Counted from the first letter of the stretch, positions 49,243 to 62,033 are shown. The stretch: 64,000 nucleotides of DNA from Ginglymostoma cirratum (GCA_024137785.1 JAHRHZ010000023.1:4976087-5040086); one strand, 5' to 3'. Notes: generated from the letters alone by a model not told the origin. Numbers and translations: made by a program.

Positions 49243-51110
49243 AATATCCAAAAGGTGACATCTCAGATCAGGCACTGAATTATAGGTGTGAGGCTTTGTT
49301 CATAATCTGTGTAGAGTTTTAATCTGGAATCAGGCTGGTTTATTCCGAATGCTGAAATTTTTAAGATGCTACACTGACTGACTGTGACTACAAATTGTGT
49401 GCTTTTTGAATAAAATAGAATGTATCTGCAAATAAACAAGCTTCTTGGACGAAATGATTCACCCCATAGATGTGTGTGTGTGTGTGTGTGTGTGTGTTTT
49501 TGTGAGAGAGAGTGTGCGCGCACGTGCGTGTGTGTGAAGGAGCATGTGTGTGAGTGTGTGTGTGGACACACACATCTCCATCAAGGACAGACACCTCAGT
49601 ACCTCACTGTACTGCAAGCCCATGGATAACCTCATGATGCTGCACTTCTCCAGCTTCCATCCTAAACGTATTAAAGAAGCCATCCCCTAAGGACAAGCCC
49701 TGCACATACACAGGGTCTGCTCAGATGTGGAGGAATGCAACGGACACCTGAAGGTTTTGAAAGACACCCTCATAAGAACGGGATATGATGCTCAACTCAT
49801 TGATCACCAGTTCCAATGTGCCACAGCAAAAAACGCAACAACCTCCTCAGAAGACAGACACAGGACTGATAGGGTACACGTCATCATCTAGTACTTCCCC
49901 GGAGTGCAGAATACACATCATGTTTCTCGTAGCCTTCAACTTGTCATCGATGACGGTGAGCATCTGGCCAAGATCCTCCCCGTGCCACCACTTCTCACCT
50001 TCAAACATCTGACAAACCTTAAACAGACCATTTTTTGCAGCAAACTACCCAGCCTTCAGGACAACATTGACCACAACACTATACAACCCTGCAATGGCAA
50101 CCTCTGCAAGACATTTTAGACCATCGACATGGACACTACCATCACATGTGCGAACACCAAACCACGTGCACAGCAGATACCCATGTGACTCAGCCAATGT
50201 TGCCTATCTCATACGCTTCAGGCAAGGATGCTCTGGGGTATGGTATATTGGCGAAATCATGCAGATGCTATGACAAAGGATGAATGGAAACCGTGCAACA
50301 ATCGCCAGACAGGAATGTTTCTTCTCAGTCGGGGAACACTTCAGCGGGCAAGGGCATTCAGCCTCCGATCTTTGGGTAAGCGTCCTCCAAGGCGGACTCC
50401 AAGATACACAACAACGCAGAATCATCGAGCAGAGACTGTTAGCCAAGTTCCATACCCTCAACTGTGCTCTTGGTTCATGAGGCGCTACAGGTGACCCCAC
50501 CGTACTGTTCTGTATCAGTAAAGTCTTCCTTACTGTTCTGTCTACCTTGATTAGTTTGTACAGTTTTGAATTACTTATTACACACTTTCTCACACACACA
50601 CACAAATCTATGGGGTGAATCATTTCATCCAAGATGTTTGTTTATTTGTAGATACATTCTATTTTGCTCAAAAAACACACAATTTGTAGTCACAGTCAGT
50701 CAATGTGGCATCTTATAAATTCTAGCTTTCAGAATAAAGCCAGCCTGATTCCAGATTAAAGCTCTGAGATGGATTCTGAACAAAGCCTCACACCTACAAT
50801 TCAGTGCCCGATTTGAAATGTCACCTTTTGTATATTGCCTATGGCTCTGCCTCAATGTCATGACAGCACAGCACTGACATTGACTTCAGAAACACTCTTG
50901 GTCACCTGCACAGACTTATCTGACACTCCATTCACACTAGTTGTATGATCTTTCGATCTCCCTGCCCTTGATCTCTCTGCCTGTAAACTCTGTGTCTGTC
51001 TGCCCTGCTCTCTCACTGCATCTGATGAAGGGGCTGTGCTCTGAAAACTTGTGTGATTCCAATTAAACTTGTTAGACTACAACCTGGTGTCATGCAACTT
51101 CTGACTTTCT
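49243..51110 (+). mobile_element. 5'-truncated Penelope-like element (second family) with an inverted 5' copy of its 3' UTR and a terminal hammerhead motif
   Basis: LYCKPMDNLMMLHFSSFHP..YPCDSANVAYLIRFRQGCSGVWYIGE..VGEHF..RRIIEQRLLAKF (GIY-YIG). 49243-49510 is inverted relative to about 50585-50838. CTGATGA at 51022. Confidence 0.9.
51019..51053 (+). ncRNA. Minimal hammerhead motif, stem III degenerate
   Basis: CAU-CUGAUGA-A-GGGGCUGUGCUCU-GAAA-AC-UU-GUG. Confidence 0.55.
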
Positions 51111-52285
51111 TCACTATCTTAGAGCAGCAGGCGTCCATCTGCATCAGGTACAAAAAGTTTGTGGTGTTATCAAAGATAAATCTGTGACCATTGAGGCAAA
51201 AGATTTCTGTTCCTCTTGAATCAGCATTTGATGTTCCTCACCTTTCACTTGCTTGCATTGAATGAAGAGGAGACAAAGAACGACTTGCATTTCTGTAGCG
51301 CCCTTCATAACCTCAGGCTATCCCAAAGCATTACAGGTATTTAGGTACTGTTAATGTATAATCACCTCAATTTAAGAAACGGTGGTCAGTTTATAAGCTC
51401 TCATGTACGACATTAAACAATTGACTGCTTTCTGAGTGATATTGAGGGATACATTTAGCTAAGACACTGGGGATATCTGTTCTGCTCTTCTCAGAATAGT
51501 ATTCCCTGAGAAACAAAAACAGAAATTGCTGGAGAAACCCAGCAGGTCTAGCAGCATCTATGGGGAAAGAAAGCAGAGTTAACGTTTCAAGTCTAGGGTG
51601 ACTTTTCTTTAGAACTGAATGTTGGGTACCAAAGATGCCTCTAAACTGAGCACTCTGAAAATGTTGTACTTGTTAGAATTGTTGTAACACCAAAGACAGA
51701 CCCTCAGCCTGACACACCCAGTCCAAACAAAGCTAGCTCTCAATTTCAGAATTATTAAATGAATTCAGATGCTATGGTGGGATTTGAACCCGTGGCCCCA
51801 GAACATTAGCCTGGACATCTGGAATGCTAGTCCAGTGACCCCATTGCTGTCCACACATGATGTTCTGTGGCTTGTGTATCCTGTGGATGCGGAAGGGGAC
51901 ATGACACAAGAGAAAAACACTGCTAACACCATGTTTAGAGCCAGCCCATTGCTTCAGTATTTCCTGCTGCCTCTTACTCATGGTGACAAGAATATCCAAG
52001 ATCTTAAGTATAGGGGCATCATAGATTTGGGATCCCTGAGTTCATCTGTATTTTTCTTAATGTTCTTTTTTATTCATTCATGGAATGTGGGTGTTGCTGG
52101 CTGTATCGCCCGTCCCTAGTTGCCCATGAGACAATGGTGATGAGCTGCCTTCTTCAACCACTGCCATCCATATGCTGTAAGTTGACCCAGAATATCATTA
52201 GGGAGGGAGTTCCAGGATTTTGACCCAGTGAGAGTGATGGAATTGCATGTTATCTTGTGCCTGCAGAGCAATAATGTTGAGCTAT

Positions 52286-52879
52286 AAGTTCAGAAATCAA
52301 ACGACGCCAGGTTGTAGTCCAACAGGTTTATTTGAAAACACAAGCCTTCAGCCAGAGCTTTGCTCCTTCTTCAGGTGTCAGAGAGAGAGATTGTATCAGA
52401 CACAGAATTTATAAGTAAAAGATCAAAGGGTCACATTCACTGATGAGGATGTATTAAACAAACCTAAGATGATGTTAAATCTTTAAATAGTTAGAAGGTT
52501 TTAATTGATTAATATGTATATGTAAATCCCCAAATTCCTTTCAAGTCACTGTCCTGAGAGAACTAAAGATTTTACCGGTGTAAAGAAGGGGTGATATTTT
52601 AGGCCAGATAATGCAACGCCAGATAATGAGGCGTTGTTTAGAATCAGTTTGTGTTTTGGTTTGGAGTCAGACTTAGGTTTGTTTAATACATCCTCATCAG
52701 TGGTGTGATCCCCTTTGATCTTTTACTTATATTTTCTGTGTCAGATACTAGCTCTCTCACTAACACCTGAAGAAGGAGTGAAGCTCAAAAAGCTTGTGTA
52801 AACCTGTTGGACTATAACCCTGGTGTCCTGTGATTTCTGACCTTCTCGATCCCAGTCCTACACTGGCACCTCCACATCA
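52286..52879. mobile_element. PLE-derived foldback element related to the 3' end of the 49-51 kb PLE
   Basis: 52286-52468 is inverted relative to 52672-52844, and each arm has a CTGAAGAAGGAG..AAG hammerhead remnant. Candidate TSD GAGCTATAAGTTCA (52279) / GAGCTACAGTTCA (52880). Confidence 0.82.
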
Positions 52880-53339
52880 GAGCTACAGTTCACAGGGATG
52901 TGTTAATTGCAATACAGCCTGTCCTTGATGTCAGTTATTGATCAGCAATTGTGTTTCAATGAAGAAATGTGTGAGCCTCTCAGAGAATGTCAATAAATTT
53001 TCATTCGTAAGTTGTCTTTTGAATGTGAGCCACATTGAGGAAAGAGCATGCATTAGATTCCCCTACTGAGCTGTGAGGTTGTGTGACAGCTTAGCATAGG
53101 TGAACAAAAGTGGAACAAGTTGCCAGGCAACAGTTTACGGCAACACTTTGGTACTTAATGCTTGTTGGATAGTCTCATCACGCTCTAAATTCTTTAAAAT
53201 AGGTTGTCTGCTCCTACATCTGTTCACAGCTCCTGAAGGTATGCTCACTTTGTTGAGTCTGGTTGGCTTGTGCCAGGCATGGCACACTGGACTTCTAAAG
53301 AGAGTTGTTTGAAGTCAAGCCCAAAGAGTCAAGCCCCTT

Positions 53340-54120
53340 GGCATACACAGCATGATGTCTACCCAAGGGGAAACTTGGTGCAGTTTTTAACCCGAACATT
53401 TGGATGCAGATTTCAAGTGATAGGCAAAACAGTCAGTGGTGAAATGTAGATTATTTTTGTGTGGAGCAGCGAGTGCTGACAATCTGCAAAGCATTGCCTG
53501 TAAGGAGGCAGAGTCAGTCACAGTGTTTGATCAGGAATTAGATAAGCATCGAAATGGAGAAACTGCAGGGCTACAGGGTAAAGTTAGGTGACTGGGGGGA
53601 GGTGTGGAGCAGCGAGAGAGTGAGAGCGAGAGAGAGATAACATTTGCTTGATAGATTGAATAATCTGCTCCAGTGCGATGGCCATTCTCTGATTCAGTTA
53701 GAGGAAGGATATTATCAAGCTGGAGAGGGTTCAGAAGAGATTTACCAGGATGTTGCCAGGTATGGAAGGTTTGAGTTATGAAGAAAGGCTGGGACTTTTC
53801 TGACTGGAGCATAAGAGGTTAAGAGGTGACCTAATGGAAGTTAATAAAAAAATGAAGGGTACAGAAAGAGTTAGTGGTAGTTGCCTTTTCCCTGCGATGA
53901 GGGATGTCAAAACTAGGGGTGAGAGGAGAGGGATTTAAAAATTAACATGGGGGCAATTTTTATACACAGAGGGTGGTTTGCATGTGGAATGAACTTCCTG
54001 AAGAACTGGTTTGAAGGGATATGGGCTAGGAGCAGGCAGGTGGGACTAGTTTAGTTTGGAATAGCATTTGGCATGGACTGGTTGGACAGAAGTATCCATT
54101 TCAGCCCTCCATGACTCTGT
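53340..54120 (+). mobile_element. CR1 LINE fragments
   Basis: CTGGAGAGGGTTCAGAAGAGATTTACCAGGATGTTGCCAGG and a 3' terminus ending ATGACTCT. Confidence 0.82.
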
Positions 54121-54749
54121 ACTTGCCCACAGATTCCATTTTGTCTGGGTTTGTCTTCCTTTTACTTTTAACTTGCTACATCTATAGCCTTTGCAAATTG
54201 GAAAATGTGTATGAGCTGTAGTTCTACGTAATAACTGTTTTTTAGGTGGGAGCACCCTTGCACATTTTCAGTGTAATTCGTTTAGGGTCAAACCGTACGA
54301 CCTGTCCCCTTGTCAATCACCCTCCATGTCCTGAGCAATGTCTACAGGGACTGGATTTAGATGTGCTGACCTCACATCACACTCTGTCTTGCCTGTACTC
54401 TGTGACAGTGATTTTGCACTGCGCAGTGAGTTTGTCTGTTGTGGTGGAATCCCAATAAAAGACCAGAATCACACCAACAATCACCTCAAAGAAAGTATCG
54501 TCTGTCACAATGTTCACATAAAATGTGTTAGTTACTAAAGATTACAAGAATTATGTCAAAGCTTCGCCTAATAAAAGACATCACAAAGAGTTTATAAACA
54601 ATTTCCACTGTTTAATATCCTCAAGGCTTGGCCATTTGAACCTGAAATTCATTGCAATTTTGTTTTCTGCACGGTGAATTTGATAAAGCTAATGATTCAG
54701 GTAAGAATGTTATTTACTTAGAGATTTTTAAAAAATTGTACATAGAGAA

Positions 54750-55710
54750 AGAATGCTGCAGAAACTCAGCAGCTCTAGCAGCATCTGTGGAGAGAGAGAG
54801 ACAGTGTTAACATTTCTCTACCCCTCATTTTTTGATAAATTTCCATCAGGCCGCCTCTTAACCTCTTATGCTCCAGTGAAAAAAGTCCAGCCTTTCTTTA
54901 TAACTCAAACCTTCCATACCCGGCAACATCCTGGTACCTCTCTTCTGAACCCTCTCCAGAACTGTATTGGAAAATGGGTTTTTATATTTCTGAGAGAGGG
55001 AAGTGTGGTGCAAGAGACAAAGGGGTTGTTATTGGTGGAGAAAGAAATTCTCACAGTGTAGTCTCCTTTATAACAGGCAGGACCAACTCGACTGGGCGAC
55101 TGTTTTGTTGGTGACCTCTGCTCTGTCCATTGGAATGACCCTGACCTCCCAGTTACCTGCTATTTCAATAAACCATCTTGCTCCTGTGTGAACATTTCTG
55201 TCCTGGGCCTCCTACACCGTTCCAATGAAAGCTAAATCCAAGCTTGAGGAGCAACACCTCATTTTCTGCTTAGGTATTTTACAGCCTCTTGGGTTCAATA
55301 TTGAATTGTATGACATCAGAAACTGAGTGCATTGTGTCTGTTGTCATTTTTCTTACATTCTGTCCCCTCTGCCCCTCCTCATGGTCTTGTCTGGTTTGTG
55401 TCTTGTTTACTTCACTCTTGGTACAGAGGACCCATTCTCTCCCTTTCGTACCTCAATGTACTCCCATTGTACATTTCTCTTTCTCATTCTCCGCCATGAA
55501 CAGCCCTTTTGTCTTTTGTGCTGGGTCTCTTCCTCTGTCAAAAGTTTATATAAAAGCAACATTTTCCAACACCATTCAGTTCTGAAGAAGGGTCACTGAA
55601 CTCAAAATGTTGACTCTGTATCTCTGTGTATAGAAGATACCAGACCTGCCATTGTTTTTTCCAGAATTCTCTGTTTGTTTCCCATTTCCAACATCCGCAG
55701 TACTGTGCAT
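54750..55710. mobile_element. PLE remnant: inverted terminal cassette, GIY-YIG end, 3' UTR and hammerhead remnant (55578-55618); CR1 piece inserted at 54845-54960
   Basis: CAAGCTTGAGGAGCAACACCTCATTTTC ORF end and CTGAAGAAGGGTCACTGAACTCAAAATGTTGAC. Confidence 0.72.
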
Positions 55711-55814
55711 TCATTAGAAAATATATACGTTTTCATCCATAGGCTTTCAACTCAAAACCAACACATAGTTTAAAAACTATTTCTCTTTCTGATCACCTCT
55801 GGGTTCAAATACTA

Positions 55815-56055
55815 ACTTAGAGGAATGTTTTCACTCAGAGGGTGTTGGAACCTAGAATTCTCAGCCCTAGAGGGCTCTGGAAGCTTAGTCATGGTGCATG
55901 TTCAAGACAGTAATTGATAGATTTCTGGATGCACATGACATCAAAGGATATGGGAATGGCACCGTAGAAATGATGCAGAAATAGATGATCAGCCATGATC
56001 TCATGGAAAAGTGGAGCAGGCATGATGGGCTGAATGGCCTCTTTCTGTTCCTATT
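55815..56055 (+). mobile_element. CR1 LINE 3' end
   Basis: TTCACTCAGAGGGTG..GATCAGCCATGATC..GGGCTGAATGGCCT. Confidence 0.8.
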
Positions 56056-56427
56056 TGACATGTTTCAGTGTAGATGGATGGATAACTGGAATTCCATATC
56101 AGCTGAGAGCCGGTGGCAGTGGTTGGTTCTGGTCATTCTGGGGATGTCCCAAATAGCCTGGGGGAGAAAATGGGGTAGATGTTTAAAGACCAAAAATGAT
56201 CTTACCTTAACTTTGCTACACCAAGCTAAAGATACCAATTTTTAATTCCAAAAAGGGCCCCCACCTGTAGTAATAAGTAGCTTTTTGAAAGAAGTGGGAT
56301 CACTGAGCATCAATGATATTTTCAGACAACGTGTTTCATCCTCAGTTCATTTATTGGCTATCCATCTTTTATGTAGTCTTCAACCAACTCCATTGTTCTG
56401 AATCTCTAAAAGCTAGACATCTGATGG

Positions 56428-56635
56428 AAAACAACAAATGCTGGAGATCATAGCAGGTCAGACAGCATTCGTTGAGAGAGAGCAAGCTAACATTTTGAAT
56501 CTGGATGACTCTTCATCTAGACTTGAAACATTAGCTTGCTCTCTCTCTCTCCATGGATGCTGTCTGACCCGCTGTGATCTCCAGCATTTGTTGTTTTCAG
56601 GACAGATTCCAGCATCTGCAGTAATTTGCTCCTCT
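56428..56635. mobile_element. PLE-derived compact foldback element
   Basis: 56428-56495 is inverted relative to about 56525-56596, and the two arms are fused at the hammerhead stem II. Confidence 0.8.
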
Positions 56636-56771
56636 GTCTGACTGTTTGTCAGAACCTAGCATCTGCTGTTTGTTTCATTCTGTTTCAGTGCAACTGTGGA
56701 TTTTGTTAAACTGGGCCCAGTTATTGGAAGCTGTCTGTTAAAGAATGAAGATGCTTAGCAATGTTGTATTG

Positions 56772-57063
56772 TATTTGTATCAGTACAGACTGAGAGTCTA
56801 GGACTAACGGCCTCAGCCTTCAGGGCATTTTCCAAGATAATTGGACTATTTCAAAGACCAGGCTTTCTGATTACAGTGTTGCTCAGTACATTGACCACTT
56901 CTTTAGTATTAGTCCTGAGGAACCACTAAAGATGAAAAACTGCAATCAGTTTCAGAAGCCAGCGACCCCGTAGACACCTAATTAAACAGAGGGGTGATCA
57001 ACCAAGGGAAAAAATTGCATGGTTGCATTTATTAATTTACTGAGTTGTACTATGTCACCCTCC
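56772..57063 (+). repeat. 292-bp direct repeat, copy 1
   Basis: Colinear with 58397-58688. Confidence 0.92.
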
Positions 57064-57644
57064 TTCTGAAATTTGGGCTGACTCAGTTGACCTCAGAAGT
57101 CATTAAACTAAATTGGCAAATAAAACTTTTAACTGTACAGCGCATTTGTTCATTTGGACACATTTCAATCTACCATAAAATGGAGGGTGTACACTGCAAT
57201 GTCAACTTTTCCATTACATTTTAGATGCCTTAAGCATGTAACTGTAGCCATTTAAATTGTGTTTTTTGGGGGGAGGAGGGTTTTGTGGGGTATCAATGAC
57301 AGGACACCACCTTCTCAAGGGCAATTAAGGACGGGCAATAAATGCTGGTCCAGGTAGCAATGCCCATGTCCCATTTGATTTTTAAAAAGCCCTCAAATGT
57401 TCTGTCAAACTCCTAGACCATCTGTTTCAAATAGGCTAAAATGCTCTGATCGATAAAAGCTACAAATCGTTAGGCTCTGCTCCAGATCATTTCAATTTTT
57501 TTTGAACTGTTGGCCTTCTTTGTTTCTTACACTTTGAAGTGAGTCTATAAAAGGACAAGCCCAATCAAAGCAATTACGTCTGAGATTGTTTATTTTTCAT
57601 TTCTCATGCTGACTGAGTGATAAATGTGAGCTTGTGATAAAAGG

Positions 57645-57980
57645 GCGGCATGGTGATTAGCACTGCTGTCTCACAGCGCCAGGGACCAAGGTTTGATTCC
57701 ACCCTCAGGTGACTGTGTGGCGTTTGCACGTTCTCCCCATATCTGTGTGGGTTTCCTCTGGGTGCTCCGGTTTCCTCTCACAGTCCAAAGATGTGCAGGC
57801 TAGGTGGATTGGCCAGAGGAAATTGCCCGTCGTGCCCAGGGATGTGTGGGTTAGCCATGGCTAATGCAGAGTTACAGGGATAGGGTAAGGGGTTGAGTCT
57901 GGATGGGATGCTGTTTGGATGGTTGGTCTGGACTCAATAGACCGAATGGGCTGCTTCCACACTGTAGAGATTCTATGATT
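57645..57980 (+). mobile_element. tRNA-derived SINE, family A
   Basis: Head, core and tail motifs. Confidence 0.9.
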
Positions 57981-58396
57981 CTTTCTGATAACTGTATATC
58001 TCCAAAAATCTGAGGTATTTGTTTTAAAGCATGGATACCTTTCTGTGGGCAAACATCACTTTCTAATTCGTGTTGTGCACCTGATGATTATGATCACAAT
58101 GCATGAGGATGGACTTTCATACAAACGTTCCATGGACTATGATAATTGGCTCCTCTGTCTGTATAAAACTGGTGGGATTAACATCCTGAACCGAGGAAAC
58201 AAATGTGACAGAGGCACATTCCCAGTGGATCTGAAAGTTCTCCTCCCCTAATGTTTGACAGACTTATAACAAAGCTGGGAGTGGCAGTTCTGTCTTACAG
58301 ATGAGTCAAGCCACAACCTAACATAGTCATACGCACGCAATTGTAGCTCACAATGTCTCAGACACCACCATTGCCATCCCTGGGTATGTCCTACCC

Positions 58397-58688
58397 TATT
58401 TGTATCTGTGCGGACTGAGAGTCTAAGACTAATGACCTCAGCCTTCAGGGCATTTTCCAAGATAATTGGACTATTCCAAAGACCAGGCTTTCTGATTACA
58501 GTGTTGCTCAGTACGTTGATCACTTCTTTAGTATTAGTCCTGAGGAACCACTAAAGATGAAAAACTATAAATGTTTTAAGAAGCCAGCAACCCTGGAGAC
58601 ACCTAATTAAAGCAAGGAGTGATCAACCAAGATAACAAATTGTATGGTTGTATACATTTATTTAGTGAGTTGTACTATGTCACCCTCC
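58397..58688 (+). repeat. 292-bp direct repeat, copy 2
   Basis: Colinear with 56772-57063. Preceded by a LINE endonuclease fragment (58270-58395). Confidence 0.92.
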
Positions 58689-58805
58689 AAGTATTCATTT
58701 TACAAAATCTTGAAGGATAGTTCACTTAAAGGTTTTTGAGCAGATTAGTAACTCAGGTTGGTTGATGTAGTTATTGACTTGCTTGCCAAGCTGGTAAGTT
58801 TGTTT

Positions 58806-58845
58806 GCAAACGTTTCATCACCGTGCTGGGTAACGTCATCACTGC
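58806..58845 (-). ncRNA. Minimal hammerhead motif of a further PLE family (C3 mutated)
   Basis: The minus strand reads GCA-gUGAUGA-C-GUUACC cagcac GGUGAU-GAAA-CG-UU-UGC. Confidence 0.55.
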
Positions 58846-58884
58846 GTCTCCGGTTAATTCACTTTACCTAGGACTAAATATCAT

Positions 58885-59090
58885 AAGAACATTAGAACTC
58901 GGAGCAGGAGTAGGTAATTTAGCTCCTCGAGACTGCTTTACCATTTGATACAATCATGGCTGATCACACCTCAGCCTCAACTCCATTTTCCTACCCACGC
59001 TCCCTAACTCTTCAAAACGTTAGTAATTAAAATTATGTCTGTTTCCTTATTAAATTTAGTCAATGTCCCAGCATCCACTCCACTCTGGTT
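58885..59090 (-). mobile_element. CR1 LINE 3' end
   Basis: Similar to 18705-18900. Confidence 0.75.
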
Positions 59091-59321
59091 TCATGGGGTA
59101 GGACATTCCCATTGTGCTCTGGAATTTAATTCTCTTTAGTATTCCTTTGAAGGACAAATGCTTAGGGATCCACTTAGCTTTTGGCGAAGCTATTCCCAAG
59201 CTTTCTTTGAAGACTTCATGACTGTGGTTTCTTCAGCCCCTTGCCGTGCCCTTTAATATACACAGACTGCTTTTCCTCTGTTTGCTCCTACATCTCCTGT
59301 ACAGGTCTTTCTAGGCTGACT

Positions 59322-59596
59322 GGGGTGGCATGGTGGCTCACAGCGCCAGGGACCTGGGTTCGATTCCACCCTCCAGTGACTGTGTGGAGTTTGCACATTC
59401 TCCCCGTGTCTGCGTGGGTTTGCTCCGGTTTCCTCTCTCAGTCCAAATATTTGCAGGGTCGGTGGATTGGTCAAGCTACATTGCTGATAATGTCCAGGGA
59501 TGTGTAGGCTAGGTGGATTAACCATAGGAAATGTAGGATTACAGGGATAGGGTTGTGGGCGGTGTGGATGTGATGGGCAAATGGCCTGCTTCCACA
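59322..59596 (+). mobile_element. tRNA-derived SINE, family A
   Basis: GGTTCGATTCC B-box, core and tail. Confidence 0.88.
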
Positions 59597-59599
59597 ATT

Positions 59600-59958
59600 C
59601 TTTATTCGTTCACGGGATGAGGGCGTTGCTGACTGGGCAGCATTTATTGCCCATCCCTAATTGCCCAGAGGGCAGTTCAGAGGCAACCACTTTGCTGTGG
59701 GTCTGGAGTCACATGTAGGCCAGACCAGGTAAGGATGGCAGTTTCCTTCCCTAAAGGACATTAGTGAACCAGATGGATTTTTCCGACAATTGACAATGGA
59801 TTCATGGTCATCATTAGATTGTTAATTCTAGATATTTATTGAATTCAAATTCTACCATCTGCTGTGGCAGGATTCGAACCCAGGTGCCCAGAGCATTTTT
59901 TTGGGTCTCTGGATTAACAGTCCACTAGGCCACTAGGCCACTAGGCCATTGCCTCCCC
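59600..59958 (-). mobile_element. tRNA-derived SINE, family B, tail-to-tail with the family A copy
   Basis: Full-length copy with an internal (CCACTAGG)3 slippage. Confidence 0.9.
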
Positions 59959-60599
59959 TCAACGTCTGCCTCAAGGTTCTATTAGGACAACTGTGCAGTT
60001 TTTTCACCAGCTACAAGTTGGAGCCAATTTGCAGCTACTTTTCCACCATGAAAGCGAAACTGAAATGCCTGTTTAACACAGGTAAATTAAACAAAACAAC
60101 TTTCCATCTCAGGCTTCACCCTGAGTTGCAATCTCTGTCAAAGCTTGAAAGGTTTTATGCTGATTCAAGCAAAAATACAAATGAATTATTTACCTTCAGT
60201 GCGACCCATTTGAATAATTGATACAGTAGTGCTATTTTACATAACCCCCCCCCTCCATCAGGAATTACTGACCATGTGTACAAGGGAAAGAAGATTGGAT
60301 TTGATCTGGGAGCCCTGTACGTAATTTAAATATTTTATTGAAATATGGACAAACTTTCTGCATCTATTATATCAAGGCCCTCTATCATTTAGAGCTTTCT
60401 CATGTTAACTCTGATGTTGAAGATAAACTGAGGTTACTTTTTGCATGTAATTAACTCCAAGATTGCATGAATTAAATTCACTTCAGGGTTGCGTAACAGT
60501 TTCTGAATCAAATAGTCCCATTTCTCTACAGCTAAAAGAAATCCCAAAACTGAAAGTCAGGTCCAAAATTTAGAGATAGGAACTAAATATTTGCAACAC

Positions 60600-61285
60600 T
60601 AGGAAGTGGTATGTAGGCTGGCAAAGACACAGATAGTACTCTGGGGGTAGAGAGTGCCAATGTCCATCATCAAGAGTGGCTTAGTCGCCACACGACAGAC
60701 TGAGCTGGCTGTGTTCTGAGGGACATCTTTGTCAAACCTATGGCAGGAGATGCGTGGAACAAACATGAGGGAAGATGAAGCTATCTGTAATAGTATCAGT
60801 GGGAACAATCACAGCAGAGTCCTTAGGGAGTCCAGGTCCTGTCTTCACATTGTGGGTATTCCGCAATAGTGGTTATGGCAGTGCCATCGTGCTTAATGGA
60901 ACAAACTTCGAACAGAACTGTCAACTCAGAATTGGATATCCATGAGGCACTGTGGGCTACCATCACTAGCAGCGATCTGAACCTCATGGCATGCCATATC
61001 GTTCATTCCATCATTGTTATCAAGCTAGGAGATAAATCCTAGTTCAATGGAGAGTGCAGGAGGGAATACCAGGAGCAGCACCAGGCATACCTCAAAGTGA
61101 GTGTCTGGTGAAGCCACCAAACAAGACTATTGGATATCAAACAGCATGTGATAGACAGAGCTAAACGATCCCATAGATCTAAGCTCTGCAGTCCTGCCAC
61201 ATCCAGTTGCGAATGGTGGTGGATAATTAAACAACTCACTGGAGGAGGAGGCTCCACAAATATCCCCATCATCAATGATGGGGGA
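60600..61285 (+). mobile_element. L2/CR1-group LINE fragment
   Basis: KQHVIDRAKRSHRSKLCSPATSSCEWWWIIKQLTGGGGSTNIPIIND; homologous to 42100-42690 and 43600-43745. Confidence 0.82.
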
Positions 61286-61356
61286 AGGACAAGGACAACA
61301 CCACCATCTGCAAAATCCCCTCCAAGCCCTGCACCATCCATATTTGGAAGTATATT

Positions 61357-61561
61357 AAATAAAAACCGAAAGAACTGTGGATGCTGTAAATCAGAAACAA
61401 AAACAGAAATTGCCCAAAAGCTCAGCAGGTCTGGCAGCATCAGTGGAAAGAAGTCAGAGATAACATTTTGAGTCAGGTCATCCAACCCGAAACGTTAACT
61501 TTGCTTTCTGTCCACAGATGCTGCCAGACCTGCTGAGTTTTTGCAAAAAATTCTGTTTTGT
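61357..61561. mobile_element. PLE-derived foldback element
   Basis: About 61398-61468 is inverted relative to 61489-61563. TSD TTTGGAAGTATATT (61343-61356) / TTTGGAAACATATT (61562-61575). Confidence 0.8.
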
Positions 61562-62033
61562 TTTGGAAACATATTGCCGTTTGTTCATCATTTCTGGGTT
61601 AAAATGGTTCCCTTGCAGCACACCAATTAGAGTGACTAATAGGTGACTAACCATCACCTTCTCAAGGACTATTAGGGAGGACCATTCACTGACACCCACC
61701 TCCCATGAACAAATAAAATAGATGATTTTCCCACACTCATGGGCATGCAACTTTAACTTTATAACTCTATTAAAATAATCCTACACCTGTCAATGTTGTG
61801 ATGTTTCCTCAGATTGATTTTGTGACCATATTAACTAGGAATTACCTATCTAAGCCCCTTCCCTTTGTGGAGTTATAATAGTGACACATGAAGCTGCTGT
61901 GCTGGAATAAAGCTCACTGCAAGTGTAGTGTGTTGTGAGGCAAGGACTCTCGTTAGGGAAATGAGGTGAAATGACTGATTGCACCCATTTGCAAAGTCTG
62001 CAATTACACAAAAATGATCCTTGATTTTCTTTT

